Source of the DNA: Candidatus Latescibacterota bacterium
Lineage (GTDB): Bacteria > Latescibacterota > UBA2968
Direction: 5' to 3'
DNA length: 64,000 nucleotides
Assembly: GCA_965208125.1 (NCBI GenBank)
Contig: OZ242320.1
Span: forward strand, 5,600,001 to 5,664,000
Under the pieces are notes generated by a model that saw only the letters and a list, made by a program, of their open reading frames with translations, had not been told where the DNA came from and searched no databases. Below are positions 59,471-64,000 of this stretch, one piece after another. The first letter of the stretch is position 1, and each line of letters begins with the position of its first letter. A program made the position numbers and the translations under genes.

Positions 59471-60199
59471 ATGGACAAGCAGAAAATTCTGATTGTAGAT
59501 CATGAGCCACATGTAATCTCAGCACTTGAAAGATTCCTGAGAGACAAATCGTATGAAATATTCACTGCTGAAAATGGGCACAAAAGCCTTGAAATTTTGC
59601 ACAAGGAGAAAATTGACCTCGCTGTGGTTGAGGCACAGGTAGAGGATATGGATGGGATAACACTGCTGACGCATGTGCAGGCAGAGAAAATTCAGACAGC
59701 TATACTGATCATGACGAGTTTGAGATCCGCAGAATTGGGCGAGCAACTGATCAAGGCCGGTGCCGTGAGTGTACTTGATAAACCCATAGCGAGAGATAGA
59801 TTTTTGACCAAAGTAAAAAGATATATGCCATCACAGTATATGTGGAAAGACCGGTTGGAATCATTTTTGGAAGATAATTACAGCAACCCAGACCTGAAAT
59901 TTGAAGACGTCATGCACTATTTCAGGTTCTCCAAGACCTATGGCTATGAATTGTTCAAAAAATATTTTGGCGAATCATTCAGGATGTGCCTGCGGAATGT
60001 GCGTCTGACAAAGGCTGAAGAAGCATTGAAGCACACATCGAATTCCATTTCAGAAATTGCCTATCGGTGTGGTTTTACGTCCTTATCGACTTTTAGCAGG
60101 GTTTTCAAAGCGAAATATGGAAATAACCCAACCACATACCGGAAATTCCATTTCAAAAACTACTTATCTATATGGTTTTACACCCTTATCGACTTTTAG
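59471..60199 (+). CDS. Atypical response regulator: pseudo-receiver + AraC HTH
   Basis: Start MDKQKILIVDHE; DLAVVE (Glu at the phospho-Asp position), DKP; C-terminal SISEIAYRCGF.SLSTFSRVFK..YG..P..YR. Confidence 0.88.
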   Translation: MDKQKILIVDHEPHVISALERFLRDKSYEIFTAENGHKSLEILHKEKIDLAVVEAQVEDMDGITLLTHVQAEKIQTAILIMTSLRSAELGEQLIKAGAVSVLDKPIARDRFLTKVKRYMPSQYMWKDRLESFLEDNYSNPDLKFEDVMHYFRFSKTYGYELFKKYFGESFRMCLRNVRLTKAEEALKHTSNSISEIAYRCGFTSLSTFSRVFKAKYGNNPTTYRKFHFKNYLSIWFYTLIDF

Positions 60200-60320
60200 C
60201 AGAGTTTTTATATGGAATAATCCGACCACATATCGCAAAAAAGTGGAAACTGGAACAAATTTTGAACATTAGGACAAATCTTACAACTTGATTCTCTCTA
60301 ATTTGGAGCAATATATTTTT
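60173..60320 (+). repeat. Extra AraC 3'-end fragment plus operator/promoter module, copy B
   Basis: TGGTTTTACACCCTTATCGACTTTTAGCAG repeats 60070-60099; followed by TATCGC..TGGAAACTGGAACAAA..GGACAAA..TTGATT. Confidence 0.75.
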
Positions 60321-60369
60321 TATACGAATCTGTCGAAGCGCGACAGGTCGATCAAAATCTGATCGAACG

Positions 60370-60792
60370 GCTGGTGCCGTGAGTGTATTTGATAAACCAA
60401 TAGAGAGAGAGCAATTCTTGGCCAGAGTTAAAAGATATATGCTTTCACAAGATATGTGGAAGAACCGATTGGAATCATTTCTGGAAGACAATTACACCAA
60501 TCCAGACCTGAAATTTGAAGACCTCGTGCACTATTTCAAGTTTTCTAAGACCTATGGCTATGAATTGTTCAAAAAACATTTGGGCGAATCATTCAGGATG
60601 TGCCTGCGGAATGTGCGCCTGACAAAGGCTGAAGAAGCGTTAAAGAACACATCGGACTCCATTTCAGAAATTGCCTATCAGTGTGGCTTTGCGTACTTAT
60701 CGACGTTTAGCAGGGTTTTCAAAGCGACGTATGGGGAAAATCCAACGACATATCGCAGAAAATGGAAACTGGAACAAATTTCGAAACAGTAG
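60370..60792 (+). pseudogene. 5'-truncated paralog of the receiver-AraC regulator (AraC domain intact; could translate from GTG 60379)
   Basis: Aligns with 59756-60135 from AGAVSV.DKP onward; receiver N-terminus absent. Confidence 0.75.
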
Positions 60793-60844
60793 GACAAATT
60801 CGCAGAGTTGACATCGCAAGCGCAAATAGGACTATTCTGAGAAC
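60750..60844 (+). promoter_or_regulatory. Repeated AraC-tail/operator/promoter module, copy C
   Basis: GAACAAA (60772), GGACAAA (60792), TTGACA (60808), TATTCT (60833); overlaps the last codons of the AraC ORF. Confidence 0.7.
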
Positions 60845-61007
60845 CTACCATCAATAGGACTTGCTTGTTGTATTAAGATGCGAAATATGCCATAACATCT
60901 TATGAATATAATTCTTTTGCACTCGTTTGCCTGATATCTTAATAATTAAAATATACCATATTTTTCCGTGTAATTTCCATTTCATAAATTTTATAGGGAG
61001 GTTCCAA

Positions 61008-61502
61008 ATGCGTAACACAGGAATAGCAGTCATGCTGACCATCATCGTCGCCTTCGCCACTTTTACCGGCTGTGCAACGCCCCAGGCCAAGTCCCAGTTG
61101 CAGAGACGCGAGTTCCAAACCCGCAGTTTCGAGACCACGGACGTTAAGGCTGTCCTCAAGGCTATAATCAATGTCTTACAAGACGAGGGATACGTGATAA
61201 AGCAGGCTAACCTGGAACTGGGATTTATTAATGCCACAAAGGAGCATGAAGAGGGCATGAAATTCTCGGAATTGTTATTCAGGCCTCGCGGGGAGTGGTC
61301 GAGCAATACTATCATTGACGCGACATGTAATGTCTCTCAGTACGGTGAAACATGTCGTGTTCGAGCTAACTTCCAGATAAAGACTTTGAATAGGACAGGT
61401 GGTGTTAACAAGGTCAAGCAGCACGACTCCGAAGAGTTCTACACCGACTTCTTCGCCAAAGTGAGTAAGGGGATTTTCATCAACGTTGACCAGGGACTTT
61501 GA
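61008..61502 (+). CDS. Hypothetical lipoprotein
   Basis: GGAGG RBS, start MRNTG, lipobox FTG-C; QTRSFE..VLQDEGY.I..AN.ELG.I. Confidence 0.75.
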   Translation: MRNTGIAVMLTIIVAFATFTGCATPQAKSQLQRREFQTRSFETTDVKAVLKAIINVLQDEGYVIKQANLELGFINATKEHEEGMKFSELLFRPRGEWSSNTIIDATCNVSQYGETCRVRANFQIKTLNRTGGVNKVKQHDSEEFYTDFFAKVSKGIFINVDQGL

Positions 61503-61565
61503 TCCATCAGGGACTCGTAGTAGGTACTGACCTTGTCGGTCATCATCCACAGAAGGAGGAGTAAC

Positions 61566-62006
61566 ATGAAAAAATTACTGATCTCAGCAATAGCTATGGT
61601 GTTCCTATCGGGTTGCATGATGACCCCGCAGCATCGAAGGGCTGTGCGGGATGATTCTGGTGACCGGATGACTGTTGGAAAGGTTCAAAAAGAAATAAGA
61701 GTCGGTATGAGCGGTGCCGAAGTTGCCCAGGTCCTCGGATCGCCAAATATCGTTTCAACAGATGAAGAACGGCGTGAAGTATGGATATATGACAAAATCT
61801 CGACGGAAACAGCATACTCGACCAGTGAGGGTGGTGTTGCTTCTCTCATCCTTGTAGGTCTGACTGATGTTTTTCTTGGCGGAGGTGGCGGACTATCGGG
61901 TTCATCCGGAGCCAGTTCAACATCTCAGAGAACCCTTACTGTAATAATAAAATTTGATGAAAATAAGCAAGTACGAGATTTTGCGTATCACACATCGCGG
62001 TTCTGA
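61566..62006 (+). CDS. SmpA/BamE-like lipoprotein
   Basis: GGAGGAG RBS, start MKKLL, lipobox LSG-C; IRVGMS.AEV..VLGSP..W.Y and L.V.IKFD..V patterns. Confidence 0.78.
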   Translation: MKKLLISAIAMVFLSGCMMTPQHRRAVRDDSGDRMTVGKVQKEIRVGMSGAEVAQVLGSPNIVSTDEERREVWIYDKISTETAYSTSEGGVASLILVGLTDVFLGGGGGLSGSSGASSTSQRTLTVIIKFDENKQVRDFAYHTSRF

Positions 62007-62329
62007 GCAATAAAGAGTTTTACTATGAAAAGGAGGGCAGACTCGACAACTCACAGAAGGGTTTTACATCCTTTTAATATACATCATTCACCAATGGGTG
62101 CGTAACATCAATAAATTAGTTGAGTTTTGGCACTATAATGTATATATAATTCCCTAAAATTTCTTCACATCTCTGGCAAAATTGATGTTTCTGACCGCTC
62201 AGAAGGTTAAATAAACGACTATATCCCGCATCCTCGTGCTCGCTTTTTCCTCAGACCTATAGCCTTCCCTTTCTCTGCATAGTTCTACAGGCAACCAGGC
62301 CTTCTCCCTTCCGATATTGAGTGAAACCC

Positions 62330-64000
62330 ATGAAAAAATTCATTCTTTATTCCACCTTTTTTTTCCTCGTCCTCTTGCCATTCGTACAGGACAGCCGCGC
62401 CCAAAATACCCTTGAGGGGCATACCAATGCAGTCGAATCCGTGGCATTTTCACAAGATGGCACCATGCTCGTCTCCGGGGCAAGAGATGGCACGGTTGTG
62501 CTGTGGAACGTGACGACCAGACGCAATACCGACACCTTTGAAGGGCATACAGATGTAGTCAGTGCTGTGGCGTATGCTCCCGATGGAACACTACTCGCTT
62601 CCGGATCATCAGTAGATGGTACAGTCAAGCTGTGGAACGTGCAGGCGGGCACAAATATTGCCATTCTTGAGGATCAGACAGATGTGGTCAGTGCTGTAGC
62701 ATTTACCTCAGATGGAATATTGCTCGCCTCCGGGTTCGTGAATGGCACAATCCTGCTGTGGGATGTCGCGACAAAGAATGCCACCTCCCTTGAGGGGCAC
62801 AGGAATGCCGTGAGTTCTATGGCATTTTCGCAAGATGGAACGCTACTCGCTTCCGGATCAGCGAATGGCACAATCCTCCTGTGGGACGTACAGGCAGGCA
62901 CAAATATCGCCACCTTTGAAGAGCATACGGATGATGTCTCATCTGTGGCGTTTTCACGCGATGGCACAATCCTCGCTTCTGGATCTGATGATAACACAGT
63001 CAAACTGTGGGACGTACAGGCAGGCACAAATATCGCCACCTTTGAGGAGCATACGGATGCCGTCAGTTCCGTAGCGTTTTCGCAAGATGGAACTGTACTA
63101 TCCTCCGGATCAGTGGATGGCATGGTTATACTGTGGAATGTTGCAAAAAGAAAACAAATCACCACTCTTGAGGAAGATAAAAATGCCGTCAGTTCTATGA
63201 CGTTTTCCTCTGATGGAACGCTACTCGCTTCCGGAGCCGTAAATGGCAGGATCTGGCTTTGGAACGTATCTGAATGGACGCAGCCTCGCCCCGATATCCT
63301 GAGAAAAATCTCCGGCGACGACCAGCAGGGCACAACCAGAGCAATGTTGGCGAATCCCCTGATCGTCGAAGTACGAGATCAGAACGATAACCCCTTACCA
63401 GATGTGCAGGTCACGTTCAGAGTTACCGCTGGTGCGGGAAAACTCAGCGGACGATTCACGATTGAGTACGCAACAACCGATGCAGATGGCCGCGCAGAGG
63501 CTACGCTTACCCCTGGTCCCAATCCGGGGACAAACACCGTTGAAGTATCTATCGCCGGACGTGAGCCGATAACATTTCATGCAATGAGCATTGGAACGCC
63601 GACGGTGCCAAACCTGGACGGGGATTATCCAACATGGCATGTACCCGACGGTGCAATCGCACGCCTGGGCAAAGGACCTATTGGTACAGGGGACAAAGCG
63701 GTCGCATTTTCGCCGAACGGTCAAAGTCTCGCTGTGGCAAGTGGCATTGGCGTATGGCTTTACGACGTGGCGACCTCTCGTGAACTCATGCTATTACCCT
63801 CTGCGAGTGCCGTCAATTCTGTGGCGTTTTCAAGAAATGGGATGCAACTCGCTTCCGGATCCGTAGATGGCACGGTTGCACTGTGGGACATCGCGAAGGG
63901 ACAAAATACCCATACTTTTGAGGCGCGCAGGGGCAAGATCTCTCCCGTAGCATTTTCACAAAAAGAGACACTGACAGCATCCAGGTCTGTCGAATCGGTA
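62330..64000 (+). CDS. Secreted WD40-repeat protein with Ig-like (Big_1/invasin-type) domain, 3'-partial
   Basis: Not in the ORF track (runs off the end). MKKFILY signal peptide; seven repeats of EGH...V.SVAFS.DG..LASGS.DGTV.LW; then ISGDDQQG..NPLIVEVRDQ..VTF.V..G.G..TTDADGRA; then further WD40 repeats. Confidence 0.92.
   Translation, partial: MKKFILYSTFFFLVLLPFVQDSRAQNTLEGHTNAVESVAFSQDGTMLVSGARDGTVVLWNVTTRRNTDTFEGHTDVVSAVAYAPDGTLLASGSSVDGTVKLWNVQAGTNIAILEDQTDVVSAVAFTSDGILLASGFVNGTILLWDVATKNATSLEGHRNAVSSMAFSQDGTLLASGSANGTILLWDVQAGTNIATFEEHTDDVSSVAFSRDGTILASGSDDNTVKLWDVQAGTNIATFEEHTDAVSSVAFSQDGTVLSSGSVDGMVILWNVAKRKQITTLEEDKNAVSSMTFSSDGTLLASGAVNGRIWLWNVSEWTQPRPDILRKISGDDQQGTTRAMLANPLIVEVRDQNDNPLPDVQVTFRVTAGAGKLSGRFTIEYATTDADGRAEATLTPGPNPGTNTVEVSIAGREPITFHAMSIGTPTVPNLDGDYPTWHVPDGAIARLGKGPIGTGDKAVAFSPNGQSLAVASGIGVWLYDVATSRELMLLPSASAVNSVAFSRNGMQLASGSVDGTVALWDIAKGQNTHTFEARRGKISPVAFSQKETLTASRSVESV

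Noticed and set aside
59756-60760. AraC duplicates as a diversity-generating retroelement TR/VR pair
   Set aside because: Differences involve all four bases and many are synonymous rather than adenine-specific; no reverse transcriptase is present.
62347-63724. Minus-strand repetitive ORFs (62347-62664, 62674-63333, 63395-63724)
   Set aside because: Antisense shadows of the plus-strand WD40 gene.

Overview
Gene-dense bacterial chromosome segment. Its gene content (GWxTD/TPR protein, paired DxDGNG EF-hand-like motifs on a secreted beta-propeller, two PhyH dioxygenases, sulfatase, GH29, secreted WD40-repeat protein) suggests a Latescibacterota/Gemmatimonadota/Poribacteria-like lineage, possibly a sponge symbiont; this is inference only. 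In order it carries: a TPR-metallopeptidase/DUF4159/MoxR/DUF58/BatA-VWA operon; heme A synthase and a mannonate-dehydratase-like gene; tRNA-Leu(CAG); a cobalt-type nitrile hydratase operon (beta, alpha, activator); many metabolic and envelope genes; a fucosidase/TonB-receptor cluster with a small toxin-immunity-like pair inserted; toxin-antitoxin debris; an orphan DUF2357 nuclease; and an AT-richer terminal region. No CRISPR, rRNA, integrase or transposase was seen. The strongest unexplained signals are: (1) a ~90-bp 'AraC 3'-end + tandem operator + promoter' module present three times ahead of surface-protein genes, tied to an atypical receiver-AraC regulator; (2) short tandem repeats at gene junctions that are oriented with transcription and sometimes encode protein C-termini, including two copies of a ~105-bp heptamer-armed element; (3) a free-standing MuF-type toxin-domain/immunity-like gene pair. 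All family calls come from reading motifs, not from database searches.
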